DNA of 64,000 nucleotides, from IMG/VR virus record IMGVR_UViG_3300022555_000009. One strand, written 5' to 3'. The notes under the pieces were generated by a model. It was not told where the DNA came from, did not search any database, and saw only the letters and a program-made list of their open reading frames with translations. Positions 38,095-48,138 of the stretch are shown here, one piece after another. Position numbers and translations under genes: made by a program. Source of the DNA: a virus. The stretch's first letter is position 1; every line of letters starts with the position of its first letter.

Positions 38095-40223
38095 TACTCA
38101 TCTCCTAAGTCGTCCGATTCTTCGTCGGCTTCTAGAGAATCTAGTACTGTCGCTTTAGTAAATGATTCATTTACTATGCGTTTACAATCTTCAAATTTTT
38201 CTGGGTTGGCTTTGAGGTAAGTCAAAAGCGAATCCCTACCTTGTCCTTTCCAACCCCAAACATCGTTGGACATCCAACCTGCGCCAGCGACCTTTACAAT
38301 ACCTAGATCCATGATGAACTGGATATACTCGTTATCGGGATCAAAACCAGTCTCATACTTTAGATCAAGTATGGCGGATCTCTTAGGAATACCCACTTTG
38401 TTTTTCACATTTCGAATCTTTACAACGTTACCTATAACAACTTTCTTTATAGCGATATCTTCCATCTTAGATACTTTAGCTCTCCAAGAAGCGTAGAACT
38501 TAATAGCTCTTCCACCAGGAGTAATATCTTCTGGCTTTCCATTAGGAGACCACCCACCTATATTATCGCGAACCTGATTAAGAAGAATAAGGGTAATATT
38601 GAATCGAGATATATAAGGATTTAATTTACGTAGCCCCTGCGAAAATAGCTTAGCAGTGGCTCCAAAATTCGATTTCCCATATACATCTTCGACTTCAGCT
38701 GCTGAGGGTGTTGCTGCAATGGAATCATAAATAATGCATCCTATCTGGCCTGTCGCAACAAGCTCTTCCATAATAGTAAAAGCTTCCTCTCCGTTCATAG
38801 GCCTCACGAATATGAGATCTTCATCGGCAAGACTTAGTCCGGCTACCTGAGCGTACTTCTTTTCGAAAGAATGTTCCATATCAATAAAGAGTACCATCTT
38901 AGGTCCACCATCTGTTCTTCGTTGGAACTGACCTCCAATATAGGAACTGATAACAGTATTGTGTGTAGGAATAAAATTATCTGTAATATACAGATGCTCT
39001 ACATCGTCTACCATGATACATGAACATTCTTCTTTTCCCACATACTCGACGCTTTTGATATATTGATATCTAATTGTCTTCCTTGACTTCGAAAGAAATA
39101 AATCTTTTTTTCGCTCCAGAGCGAAAGGAGATCCCAACTTCTGTGGCAGCGCCAAGTGTAGCCTATACGATAGAGCTCCTTCTTTTTTTTCTCCTTTGTA
39201 GGTGTACGAAGTCTTTTTTACTTTTATCCTGGCTGTGCCTCCCAGGCTATGAACAATATCGACAACATCTTCAGCTAGCTTTTTGCTAGAGGAAGAGTAT
39301 TCAATGCCGCTGTGTTTAACATCCTTGCCAATATGCCCATCGGTGTCCAGTAAACCCCGAAGCAAATTCATTCTATCCTCTATAGAAGACCATTTATAAT
39401 CGAAGGGAATAAACTTATCATAAGAATTTCTACCTTGAAGGTCTAGTTGTTTTAGTATTGCCGGAAGAGACCCCTTCGACTTTATTCTCCAATCATAGAA
39501 GGAGGCTTGAGACAACTCAAACCCCAAAATACTTTTTATCGAATCTATAAGTTGTTGATCTTCAGAGGAAAATTGAGTCATAGCCTGAGTCATGCATCCA
39601 TCACCCAAAAGAAGTCCTAAAACATAAGGATCTAAGGGCAAGCTTTTTTTAAGGAACTCCTGAGGCTGAATCAATTCTAAATAATCTGCGTCAGGACTAT
39701 TTATTTTCCCATATTTAGAAAGAGACTTATTGATATTTTTTGCCAGATCCTCTGTGGTCACTGTTTTTAAGCAGGAATCCTCAAAATTTTTAGATTTTCT
39801 AGCCCATCTTGTAGAATACTTTGAAGACTTAACGTTCCATAGATGATCTCTTCCCGCCCTTGTTGTAGATCCATCTCGAAGGGTTATCTCAAATACATCT
39901 TTTTCTCCCTGCGGAAATACACCCGTGACATTAGTTACTCTCCCTGAAGGAGTACAAACCTTATCACCTACCTTAAGATTTCCCATAAGGGTCCATCCGG
40001 TTGGTGTCAGTACCCTAGAACTATTAGGCTGTTCTTTGCCACCGCTCTCCGGCCCAAAGAATTCTATTATACGACCGAGAGGAACTCCTCCACCCATAAT
40101 ATAATTCAGCTGAGGAGAAGACATCACTAATCTCCTCACGAGACCAGCTTCCTCTACATTGGGTAGGGAGTCGGAGTAATCCTTCTTTAATTTTGTTAGA
40201 ACTTTTGTTAGTTCCTTATTCAC
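38094..40223 (-). CDS. recA: RecA/UvsX recombinase with intein
   Basis: GGGVPLGRIIEFFGPESGGK/T, FIDMEH, IYDSIAA, LNQVR, TPGGRAIKFYAS and VKNKV. The spliced product is about 350 aa. Confidence 0.95.
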   Translation of the reverse strand: MNKELTKVLTKLKKDYSDSLPNVEEAGLVRRLVMSSPQLNYIMGGGVPLGRIIEFFGPESGGKEQPNSSRVLTPTGWTLMGNLKVGDKVCTPSGRVTNVTGVFPQGEKDVFEITLRDGSTTRAGRDHLWNVKSSKYSTRWARKSKNFEDSCLKTVTTEDLAKNINKSLSKYGKINSPDADYLELIQPQEFLKKSLPLDPYVLGLLLGDGCMTQAMTQFSSEDQQLIDSIKSILGFELSQASFYDWRIKSKGSLPAILKQLDLQGRNSYDKFIPFDYKWSSIEDRMNLLRGLLDTDGHIGKDVKHSGIEYSSSSKKLAEDVVDIVHSLGGTARIKVKKTSYTYKGEKKEGALSYRLHLALPQKLGSPFALERKKDLFLSKSRKTIRYQYIKSVEYVGKEECSCIMVDDVEHLYITDNFIPTHNTVISSYIGGQFQRRTDGGPKMVLFIDMEHSFEKKYAQVAGLSLADEDLIFVRPMNGEEAFTIMEELVATGQIGCIIYDSIAATPSAAEVEDVYGKSNFGATAKLFSQGLRKLNPYISRFNITLILLNQVRDNIGGWSPNGKPEDITPGGRAIKFYASWRAKVSKMEDIAIKKVVIGNVVKIRNVKNKVGIPKRSAILDLKYETGFDPDNEYIQFIMDLGIVKVAGAGWMSNDVWGWKGQGRDSLLTYLKANPEKFEDCKRIVNESFTKATVLDSLEADEESDDLGDE
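38958..40034 (-). mobile_element. Class 3 intein (359 aa) with LAGLIDADG endonuclease, inserted in the Walker A motif
   Basis: Starts EQPNSSRVLTPTGW with no N-terminal nucleophile. WCT triad: DHLW, CSCIMV and PTHN/T. Endonuclease motifs LGLLLGDG and LRGLLDTDG. Confidence 0.92.
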
Positions 40224-40933
40224 ATATTCTCCTTAAATGTTGTTACACGGTACTGTATTGGATTTTCCGCTTCACCTTTCTCTGTTTCGGAAAAATCCCA
40301 AATAGAGGGCTCGATGGCGTTTGATATACTCTTATCCATCACTGCTACAAGTCTTCCCCAATCTACAGGCTTTTTTAAACGGATATATAGATTTTTTATT
40401 TGAGTGAACTCTTTGGCATTCCACTGAAAAGTTCCTCGACAATGCTCTTTCCACAGCCACATCATTTGTGATAACTCTTCCGATATATTTCCGGTGGCTC
40501 TCATAAATTCATCATAAGTTCTCGCCTTAGTAATAGCGGTATAAAACTCTTTCTTAGACACCACTTCTTTTAAGATAACCGGAGCACAGTCTAGAAGCAG
40601 CGCCTGTATATTCCTCATGTCTAACTTGAAAAACCTCCTTGCAGGCATTCCTAATCGCTTAGTTTGTACCAGCTGCTTCTTTATTAAAGAATTGATAGCC
40701 GCGCATTGACGATAGTATGTCATACCTAAGTCTCTCTCAAGATAATCTACAGTTTGGAAAAACCAACCATCAGTTGTCTGATCTTTAAAGTACTTATACG
40801 CGGAGACGAGCTCCGTCAGCACTATGGCTTCATCGCAATCCTTTAATTGTCTTAAAAGAGACTTATTAACCATTAAAAATGTATCGTTTGATAGAAGCTC
40901 TAAAACATACTGTTCTGAACCCACATTTATCAT
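40220..40933 (-). CDS. Replication initiator-like winged-helix protein
   Basis: FLMVNKSLLRQL...EAIVLTEL...GWFFQTVDYLERDLGMT...LGMPARRFFKL is typical of phage replication protein N-termini. Confidence 0.7.
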   Translation of the reverse strand: MINVGSEQYVLELLSNDTFLMVNKSLLRQLKDCDEAIVLTELVSAYKYFKDQTTDGWFFQTVDYLERDLGMTYYRQCAAINSLIKKQLVQTKRLGMPARRFFKLDMRNIQALLLDCAPVILKEVVSKKEFYTAITKARTYDEFMRATGNISEELSQMMWLWKEHCRGTFQWNAKEFTQIKNLYIRLKKPVDWGRLVAVMDKSISNAIEPSIWDFSETEKGEAENPIQYRVTTFKENM

Positions 40934-41226
40934 AGACCCTTTCCTAGGAAGAACTCACCGAGACTAAGAACAAACTTATCTACGGTTGTGCATTCCCTCA
41001 GCTTCCTTTGTAGTAGAATATAGTGTCTATCTCCGAAAGATACTCCATGGTCCTCAGTTTTCTTTTTGATTAAATCTGATACTTGGCCAAAGGTGAGACT
41101 CTTCCATTTGTGACCCGATAACTCATTCTTAAACAGATCCTCTACAACCGAGAGCATCGAAGGATACTTTACGATCACTTCTTCTTCAGGAGGCTTCAAG
41201 GTTTCAGTATGCATTCCATTAGTCAT
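40930..41226 (-). CDS. Hypothetical protein
   Basis: 98 aa ORF with a GGAGGAG RBS, overlapping its neighbours. Confidence 0.65.
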   Translation of the reverse strand: MTNGMHTETLKPPEEEVIVKYPSMLSVVEDLFKNELSGHKWKSLTFGQVSDLIKKKTEDHGVSFGDRHYILLQRKLRECTTVDKFVLSLGEFFLGKGL

Positions 41227-42409
41227 TTCTCATGCTCCTCGGAGGACGCACCCCAATGATCTCCACATTTCTCTCGTGGAATTCCTTGTCAAACTGCTCT
41301 TGGCGAGTAAGAGGAGTTTGCTCTACCATAGGTCGAATAGCGTTGCTCTTCGAGAACCAATTAGCCATCTTGCTGAGAAAGTATGCCTTGCGGAGGTATG
41401 GCTTTGTCTCTTTTGAGAGATCATCCATAACCACTAGAAGTTCTCGAAGGCCAGGACTTTTAGCCATCGCCTTAGTTGATGCTTCATAGTACTCATTCTT
41501 TGTATACCCTGTCATACCATACACATAGGCGTCCACAAGAGCCGAGTAGGCGATATTGAAAAAATCTTCGATATTGAGATCCGCTATGTCTGTAAAGAAA
41601 GTGAGGTCTCTATTTAAGAGCTTCATCAAAGTTCCATTAATGGTGCTTTCATCGATAATACCGAGATTAGATTTAATCTCTTCGACTGTATAGTACTTGC
41701 CTACGAGACATTTTTCTAAGTACTGAACACCCTCGCGAAGAGATCCGCGAGCAGATCCGGCGATAGAGGCTAATCCTGCGAGCTTGAATGAATCTGGAAT
41801 ACTTTTATCATTCCAGAGATTCATCTTCTCCAAGATACCCTTGAGAGCTATCATAATATCTTTTGTATTGAAAGGTTTAAAATTGAAGGTTTGGCACCTA
41901 CTCTGTATAGCGGTAGGGATGCCAGTATTAAACATAGACAGGAGAATGAAGTGTACATGACTTCTGGGCTTCTCTAGGATCTTCAACATCGCACTTTTAG
42001 CCTGCGCGCTAAGTTGATCAGCTTCCTCAATAATGAGAATTTTCTTCTTATCATACATAGGAGCCGAATCTGCGATCTGGCCGAAATCAACTACGTCATC
42101 CTTACCCGAGAAGGAGGATCCGTCTAGTACTACTACATCCCTATCGAAGCGCTCTTCGATGATAGACTTGCAAGCCACACATTCACAGCAAGGATCGCCT
42201 TCTTTTGTGAGACTCTTACAAACTAGAGTCATAGCGACAAGGTGTGCCGCTGTTGTTTTTCCTGTTCCAGAAGGACCCTTCATTAACATGGCTGTGGGCC
42301 AATCTCCGGAAGTTTGTCTAGCCTTTAGTTCTTTTACAACTCCTTCTTGATTGTATATATCTGAAAACTTTCTAGGCCTCATTATAATAGACAATTGAGT
42401 AACTCCCAT
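41219..42409 (-). CDS. dnaX: DNA polymerase III gamma/tau-like clamp loader subunit
   Basis: MRPRKFSDI, GPSGTGKTT, PCCECVAC zinc motif, IIEEADQL, LKILEKP, IQSRC and GSLRE. Confidence 0.92.
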   Translation of the reverse strand: MGVTQLSIIMRPRKFSDIYNQEGVVKELKARQTSGDWPTAMLMKGPSGTGKTTAAHLVAMTLVCKSLTKEGDPCCECVACKSIIEERFDRDVVVLDGSSFSGKDDVVDFGQIADSAPMYDKKKILIIEEADQLSAQAKSAMLKILEKPRSHVHFILLSMFNTGIPTAIQSRCQTFNFKPFNTKDIMIALKGILEKMNLWNDKSIPDSFKLAGLASIAGSARGSLREGVQYLEKCLVGKYYTVEEIKSNLGIIDESTINGTLMKLLNRDLTFFTDIADLNIEDFFNIAYSALVDAYVYGMTGYTKNEYYEASTKAMAKSPGLRELLVVMDDLSKETKPYLRKAYFLSKMANWFSKSNAIRPMVEQTPLTRQEQFDKEFHERNVEIIGVRPPRSMRND

Positions 42410-42456
42410 TCATCTCTCCTTAGATACTGAATATAGGGATGAATGGGAGTTTTTAT

Positions 42457-43764
42457 TTATAGGGAAATTCCGGTTCCTGCCCCTTGTGTTGCAATTGGAG
42501 ATTCTCCGGTGACCACGTAGTATTTTGCAGTGTCTGTGGCATTCAGATTAGTTGTCAACGTAGTATTTCCTACTCTAAGAGTGGTCTGAGCTCTGTTTCC
42601 TCTATATATGGTTAAACTTACCTCTGTACAGAACCAGTCTCTAGTATAAAGAGAGGGGTTAAATACGTCTGTTGACAATTCGTCTTTTGATAAGTTTACA
42701 GATATGTAACGGCCTAAAACAGCGCTGTGTACATAGGGGCAAGATAACTCGAGATGGAATCCTTCGAGAAGCTCATTACCATATCTAGTCAGTAATTCTG
42801 TCACGGTATCACTGCGGTCTTGGCTGGAGTCTTCTTGAATGATTCTAGTAAATTCCCCTGGATTGATAAGGCCTCTTTTGGAGGTAATGGGAACAAATCC
42901 TACTTCTCCCGGTCCAATGACTAGAGGAGTGATATCTTTCAAGAATCCTTTCATAGGCTCGTTTACGGCTCTATACTGGTTTATGGAGTACATGTAGGTA
43001 AGACCAGGATTAGTATTTTGCCAGATTACTCCTCCGTCCACCATCAATTTGAGATTGTTAATGAATATATCGCCATCGTAATCCGGATCTGAACTAGATA
43101 GAGGCACTAGGTGCAATGCCCTGTCTGCAGCCCTGAATTTCTTATGAGATTTTTTAACTATATTTGTCGAGGTGGCTACGAACTTATGAGTATCGTCCGT
43201 ATAGATGAAGGGGGGACAATAATTTTCTCCCCTCATATGAAATCTAAGTCTATCTTCGATGAACTTGCCTGGCGTCATATAGGTTCTCCACCTAGTCAGT
43301 ATATCGTCGGCACTTTGATTGATTTCAGCATTAAGAATAAATGAAGATAACTCTGCATCATACATAGTTCGCAGTATATCTGTTATTCTTCCTGTGTATG
43401 CTCTGGATCCTATTTTTTGTTTGAAGTACCAGGGGCTTATGAGAGTAATAGTAACTAAGCCAGGTATTGTTCTTCCCGAAGTTCCAGGACCTGCTTCTAT
43501 TTTAAATATAGATAGTGGCTTCACGGAGTCGGGGCTATAATCTTGGCTAAATACAAAAGTTAAATCCTTCCCTACTATAAGGGTTCCATCTTCTATATAG
43601 TTAGAAGGTGCATTAAAGGTCCATGTCCCCGTTGTATATAGGCTGTTTACATTTGAAACAATATTTAAAACTTTTGTAGCTGCTTTAAGGGCTGTCAAGT
43701 CCTCTCCAGTCTCAACGTAGACTTGCCAGTCTACGTTTGCAGTAAAATCAAGTGGTTCAGGCAT
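42457..43764 (-). CDS. Baseplate hub protein (gp27-like)
   Basis: Position after tape-measure, tube and wedge genes. Contains SRAYTGRITDIL. Confidence 0.55.
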   Translation of the reverse strand: MPEPLDFTANVDWQVYVETGEDLTALKAATKVLNIVSNVNSLYTTGTWTFNAPSNYIEDGTLIVGKDLTFVFSQDYSPDSVKPLSIFKIEAGPGTSGRTIPGLVTITLISPWYFKQKIGSRAYTGRITDILRTMYDAELSSFILNAEINQSADDILTRWRTYMTPGKFIEDRLRFHMRGENYCPPFIYTDDTHKFVATSTNIVKKSHKKFRAADRALHLVPLSSSDPDYDGDIFINNLKLMVDGGVIWQNTNPGLTYMYSINQYRAVNEPMKGFLKDITPLVIGPGEVGFVPITSKRGLINPGEFTRIIQEDSSQDRSDTVTELLTRYGNELLEGFHLELSCPYVHSAVLGRYISVNLSKDELSTDVFNPSLYTRDWFCTEVSLTIYRGNRAQTTLRVGNTTLTTNLNATDTAKYYVVTGESPIATQGAGTGISL

Positions 43765-44113
43765 TATTTGTTACCTTCCATTTATTTATGAAACCGAGAA
43801 TATCTTTTCTGGTAGGTATAATAGCCACATCTCCAACATTGATTAAATCTTTATGAGCTATATTATTTATAGTTAAAATAATATCGTCGTATTGTGCAGG
43901 CTTGTCCTGTGAAGTACTTCCATCTAAGAAGTACTGTATAATTTGAAAGGGCTTGCTCATAAAGGAAGTATCCATCGGGTACTGAAACGGAGGCTCTGTA
44001 ATTTCGAAGGATCCAAAATCAACAGACAGAGGATCTGGGTACTGCTGGTTATCTATATCAACTTGAGTACTTGGTTTCATTAGGTTGTATCGAGATACAA
44101 TGGGATCTGCCAT
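43757..44113 (-). CDS. Baseplate wedge protein (gp53/LysM-like)
   Basis: ILTINNI...INVGDVAIIPT, plus synteny. Confidence 0.65.
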   Translation of the reverse strand: MADPIVSRYNLMKPSTQVDIDNQQYPDPLSVDFGSFEITEPPFQYPMDTSFMSKPFQIIQYFLDGSTSQDKPAQYDDIILTINNIAHKDLINVGDVAIIPTRKDILGFINKWKVTNNA

Positions 44114-44125
44114 TTCAATTTCCTT

Positions 44126-44890
44126 TTACGTGGATAAATAATTACTAGTAAAATCGGCCGAAGTAGCAATAGTCTGAGATTTAAATGTTATGCTTATTTC
44201 TCCAGATATTGGGTATCCCTTGGAGTCAAGTTTATTGGAGAATTTAAAATTAGCTGTTTCTGCTAAGTAATTTTTTAAATGTAGAAAATCGGGGAAACTA
44301 TTATTCGCTCCGAAAGCTACGGTCCAGGTACTCGATACAGTATCTGACGACCGAGTCGCGGTTTTAAAATAAGATTCTCCGAATGCTGAAAAAGCGCTGA
44401 AGGCGTTGGTGGCCGGAGCGGTTAATAAGTTCCCTACGGCAATCTCAGAGGGCACGCAAGCAGACATTAGAGTCATAATGGGACTAAAAACTTCTGTGTT
44501 GCCGTCCCAGGCATTCATTTGTCCGAATTGTAATTTGAGAGTGATAGAAAAGTTTGCAGGTAAGGATTCTTTCCAAGCACTAGCCATATAGTACTTATTA
44601 TACATTTTTTGACCTAGAGTATCCGAGGCAGTTGTTATCGCGGAGAACACGCTACTGATGGCGCCGGTGCCAGCAGCCTTTTTCATAGATTCTTGAGCTC
44701 CTTCAAAGAAAGCTTTGACTGGTTGAAATAACTGGTTAGTTATAGAAAATCCTATGTCATCTATATAGGGAAAATATAAGTCTAGGGATGCGGGTCCTGT
44801 CCCTGTTACGGTGCTTTTAGTTAATCTAACATAAGGACTACCGTTAGGAAAAGTTTTTGGGTCCGAGTAAAGAGCGGTGCTTAGGGCCAT
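44126..44890 (-). CDS. Tail tube initiator / gp48-like protein
   Basis: DSKGYPISGEISITF tube-fold motif. It follows the tape measure gene. Confidence 0.6.
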   Translation of the reverse strand: MALSTALYSDPKTFPNGSPYVRLTKSTVTGTGPASLDLYFPYIDDIGFSITNQLFQPVKAFFEGAQESMKKAAGTGAISSVFSAITTASDTLGQKMYNKYYMASAWKESLPANFSITLKLQFGQMNAWDGNTEVFSPIMTLMSACVPSEIAVGNLLTAPATNAFSAFSAFGESYFKTATRSSDTVSSTWTVAFGANNSFPDFLHLKNYLAETANFKFSNKLDSKGYPISGEISITFKSQTIATSADFTSNYLST

Positions 44891-44904
44891 AGTTATCTAT
44901 CCTT

Positions 44905-46890
44905 TTACGAGTATGATTTTACTTTAAGTTTTGGAGCTTCTGGAATATTATCCGGTCCCTCAGAGGTGGGAGCATTAGATATTTTTTCTAAAATATTATT
45001 CTGCTTGCCCATCGCTTTTGAATCTTCCTGAGCTATACTAATCAATTGTCTCAATAAATCTGCTTGCTCGTTGATTTGAGTAACAGAAGATATTTGTTCT
45101 CCAGCATGTATTGTAGCTGCAACTGCTTCACCAGGGACCCCAGGAATTACGCTTCCTGGGGAATAGTCCGTACCTATCTCAAAAGATGTTTCCCCTACAG
45201 AAGATTTAAACTTGCTCCAGTCGCTTATGGTTGATTTTTCATATCCTGGGATAGAATGTAGCAGATCCAGCTGTTGCGCCCCACTTAAGCCCGCTATGGG
45301 GATGCTTTGACCATCAAATACTATGAAATCATCCATGGCTCTATTTCTGCTATTGTAAGGGCTAACTAGTTTTCGTCTACCTTTTGCTGATAATAATCCA
45401 GTTGAGTCGAGTTGTGCAGCTGCGCCTCGAGACCCGGGAATAGTAGTGGGTTCAGCCAAGGCGGCGGCCGCGGTGCCAATTTCAAAAGAGTTTGCCTTGG
45501 AAGAGATAAGCGCGATGGCATCTAGATCATTTTCTTTTCCTTCCTTTTTGAGTTTAGCTCTCTGCTCAGACGTTAAAGATTTTGCTAATTCCTTTGTTCT
45601 CTCTTCGTAAGACTGGCCAGAAATTCCCTCGTATAAGGCAAAAGCTAAAGCGGCTGCTGCTGCGATGCCTAATCCTATGGCGCCTGCTTTAGCGACAATG
45701 GGTAGAGCTTTCTTAACTAAGTCCTTAGTTAACTTTCCACTCATCAAAGCATTTATTATGCCGCCCTCTATGTCTCCTTCTACTCCGGGGCCTCCACCTG
45801 AAGCACTTATATTTTTAGTATCCTTCATAAGAGCGTCTAATTTTGATCCGATATATAAAGCAGGCAAAGCGTATTGTACAGGAAGCTGCAAGATATCTCC
45901 AGCAGAAGGATCTTCAGATTTTACAACATTTATTTTTTCATCGGCGCTTCCACGACTTCCACCGCTTCCACCGAAGGCGCCCCCTGTCTTATACTTGCCT
46001 CTGCCCCCGCCAGGTCCGCGCGGAGGTCTTCCATTGTTAATATCTATAATCTCCGGTACGCTTTCTAACAAGCCTGCTAATTTCTCTTGGTCTATTCCAG
46101 CTTTTTCATAAGCAGCGGTGCTGGCTCCAATAGCGCTTTCTCCGAGACCTCTATCGAGTAAAAACTTACTAGTAGCTGCCTGCGATTTTAATTCAGCGCC
46201 TTTATTAATAGCCTCATGGCCTCTGCTCATATACCCAGACTGAAATTCTTTGGTTGGAGCATTGAGTATTCTATCTAATCTATTCCCGGAGTTATCCCCC
46301 GAAGTCAAGCCTAGCTTATCTGTCGCTGTACCGAAGAGCTTCAAGAAAGGCATTTTCTCAAATATTTCTTGTTGTATGTTCGAGGCAAATTGTTGATCAT
46401 CAAACTTACGCGTTTGTTTGCCTGCTTCTCTTCCTGCTTTCTTAGTAGAGGCTCTATATTCTTTGGCGTCCTTTTTATCGCTAAGGAGAGCATCTAAAAG
46501 TTCACTGTTTAGCTTTTTCTGATCTTTCTTTAAATCGTCCAAATATCTCTGTAATTGATTAGCTGTTTTGATGCTTGCATCTATAGATTTCTTTAACTCA
46601 TCTGATGTCTTTCTTTCCTCGATAGACATCGCAGCATATTTCTTATCTGCTTCTTCTTTTTGCTTCTGAGCGGCCTCTTGCATCTCTAAGATTTTAGGGA
46701 AAAACGTACTAGATAATAAATCAAAATTCTGAGTCGTCTTCCCTAAAGCTTTGACAAGCGCAGTCTTAAAGCCATCAGGCATATCGCCCATTGCTTGTGT
46801 GAGTTTTTTTATGCCTTTATCAATATCAGCCATGGAATCACTGACGCCCGGGGGCATCATGCCATCTCCCTCACCAACTACGCCCGCCAT
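44905..46890 (-). CDS. Tape measure / baseplate hub-like protein
   Basis: Coiled-coil N-half, hydrophobic Ala/Gly segment and ATIHAGEQI motif. It lies downstream of the chaperone pair. Confidence 0.6.
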   Translation of the reverse strand: MAGVVGEGDGMMPPGVSDSMADIDKGIKKLTQAMGDMPDGFKTALVKALGKTTQNFDLLSSTFFPKILEMQEAAQKQKEEADKKYAAMSIEERKTSDELKKSIDASIKTANQLQRYLDDLKKDQKKLNSELLDALLSDKKDAKEYRASTKKAGREAGKQTRKFDDQQFASNIQQEIFEKMPFLKLFGTATDKLGLTSGDNSGNRLDRILNAPTKEFQSGYMSRGHEAINKGAELKSQAATSKFLLDRGLGESAIGASTAAYEKAGIDQEKLAGLLESVPEIIDINNGRPPRGPGGGRGKYKTGGAFGGSGGSRGSADEKINVVKSEDPSAGDILQLPVQYALPALYIGSKLDALMKDTKNISASGGGPGVEGDIEGGIINALMSGKLTKDLVKKALPIVAKAGAIGLGIAAAAALAFALYEGISGQSYEERTKELAKSLTSEQRAKLKKEGKENDLDAIALISSKANSFEIGTAAAALAEPTTIPGSRGAAAQLDSTGLLSAKGRRKLVSPYNSRNRAMDDFIVFDGQSIPIAGLSGAQQLDLLHSIPGYEKSTISDWSKFKSSVGETSFEIGTDYSPGSVIPGVPGEAVAATIHAGEQISSVTQINEQADLLRQLISIAQEDSKAMGKQNNILEKISNAPTSEGPDNIPEAPKLKVKSYS

Positions 46891-46898
46891 GTATCACC

Positions 46899-47120
46899 TC
46901 ATACCCAATTTAAAAGCCCTGATGATCCAATATTAGGATTCTGTTTTATCAATCTAGAAATATCCTCAATCTTTTTTTCCAACAATTTGTACTGAAAATA
47001 AAACTCATGGAAGGGCAGACTTGTCAGATCTGATATCCCGTTGTGAGTCTTAGTCGTCATAAGAAATATCATACTCATCAGAGTCTGATAATCGTATGGC
47101 TTGAAGAATATCCAAGAGTC
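46899..47120 (-). CDS. Second tail-assembly chaperone frame (gp51/gpT-like), probably reached by +1 frameshift; not in ORF track
   Basis: Open +1 frame DSWIFFKPYDYQTLMSMIFLMTTKTHNGISDLTSLPFHEFYFQYKLLEKKIED...WV*, ending at the RBS of the tape measure gene. Confidence 0.65.
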   Translation of the reverse strand, partial: DSWIFFKPYDYQTLMSMIFLMTTKTHNGISDLTSLPFHEFYFQYKLLEKKIEDISRLIKQNPNIGSSGLLNWV

Positions 47121-48117
47121 GAAAAGAAAACCTCCGTGTACATACTTCTTTCGTTATAGGGTTCTTCAATTCGATATTAGGATCTATGCCGAAGTCTAAC
47201 TTAGAAAACTGAGTATCAACCTTCTTCGTAATATTCACATCTAAGCGAGGATCCTCACTATACTTAAGTTTTTCTTCAATAGTAGACTTGCTGAGATCAA
47301 TACCATTAAAAGCTACTATGTAAAGGGCTTTGGACAGCTTGCTCATATAGATAGCCTTATTTATATTATGTAGCTGCCAATCTAGGAATTCCTTCTCAGG
47401 TATGACTGGTAAATCCGTAGATCCCTTTTCAGATCTTGCTTCGCGCAGGTCTATTAATTGCTTTATCTTTTCAAATCTTAAATCTTCTTTTTCAAACTTA
47501 TCATCTGCAGCTTTCTTCAAAGCTAAAGAATCCCCGATTCTAGTGTACGCTAAGAATTTTACTTCCACGTAACTAGGATCATTTTTCGGAAATCGATTCT
47601 TTATAGTAACATATGATTTTACTTCACTAGGAAAATCTTTGATTTTCACATTGCGTAAGTCCACATCAACCTTAGGCTTCCATTTTCCGGCAATAAGGTT
47701 ATTGGCCTGCTCTTCTTGTCCATGAGCTTTAAGCCAGTCTAAATCCTCCTGGTTCCAAGGAAAATCTGTAGACGTAATGAGAGGTGTAAAGAAATTCGCA
47801 TATATCTTTATTAAGAGCTCCACGACGGCCTTCTCTGGCCACTCTTCTACTTTTACAGGTTCTAGGATGAGATCTTTTAACAAGTGTATAAGTCTCTCAG
47901 GCAAAAGTTCATCGGAGGCCATTGAGAGATCAATAAGATTTTCCGTATTAAAGTTTTTCACATGTATTATCTCAGGTACTCCTAGTTTTCCCTTCGTAGA
48001 AAGATTGATAGGAATATATCCGCCAGGAATATTGAGTTTCAGAGACTGCTGTACCTTGTCTATGATCTTTGTGCTTTGAGTCATGTCGTCATTTTCGTCG
48101 ACTACTTCGAACGGCAT
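47050..48117 (-). CDS. Baseplate hub / tail assembly chaperone (gp26-like)
   Basis: Start MPFEVV after a GGGGAG RBS and the ACTAATT motif. Contains IPINLSTKGKL...LLIKIYANFF...FGIDPNIELKNP. Confidence 0.7.
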   Translation of the reverse strand: MPFEVVDENDDMTQSTKIIDKVQQSLKLNIPGGYIPINLSTKGKLGVPEIIHVKNFNTENLIDLSMASDELLPERLIHLLKDLILEPVKVEEWPEKAVVELLIKIYANFFTPLITSTDFPWNQEDLDWLKAHGQEEQANNLIAGKWKPKVDVDLRNVKIKDFPSEVKSYVTIKNRFPKNDPSYVEVKFLAYTRIGDSLALKKAADDKFEKEDLRFEKIKQLIDLREARSEKGSTDLPVIPEKEFLDWQLHNINKAIYMSKLSKALYIVAFNGIDLSKSTIEEKLKYSEDPRLDVNITKKVDTQFSKLDFGIDPNIELKNPITKEVCTRRFSFRLLDILQAIRLSDSDEYDISYDD

Positions 48118-48138
48118 ATAGTATTCTCCCCTTAGCTT

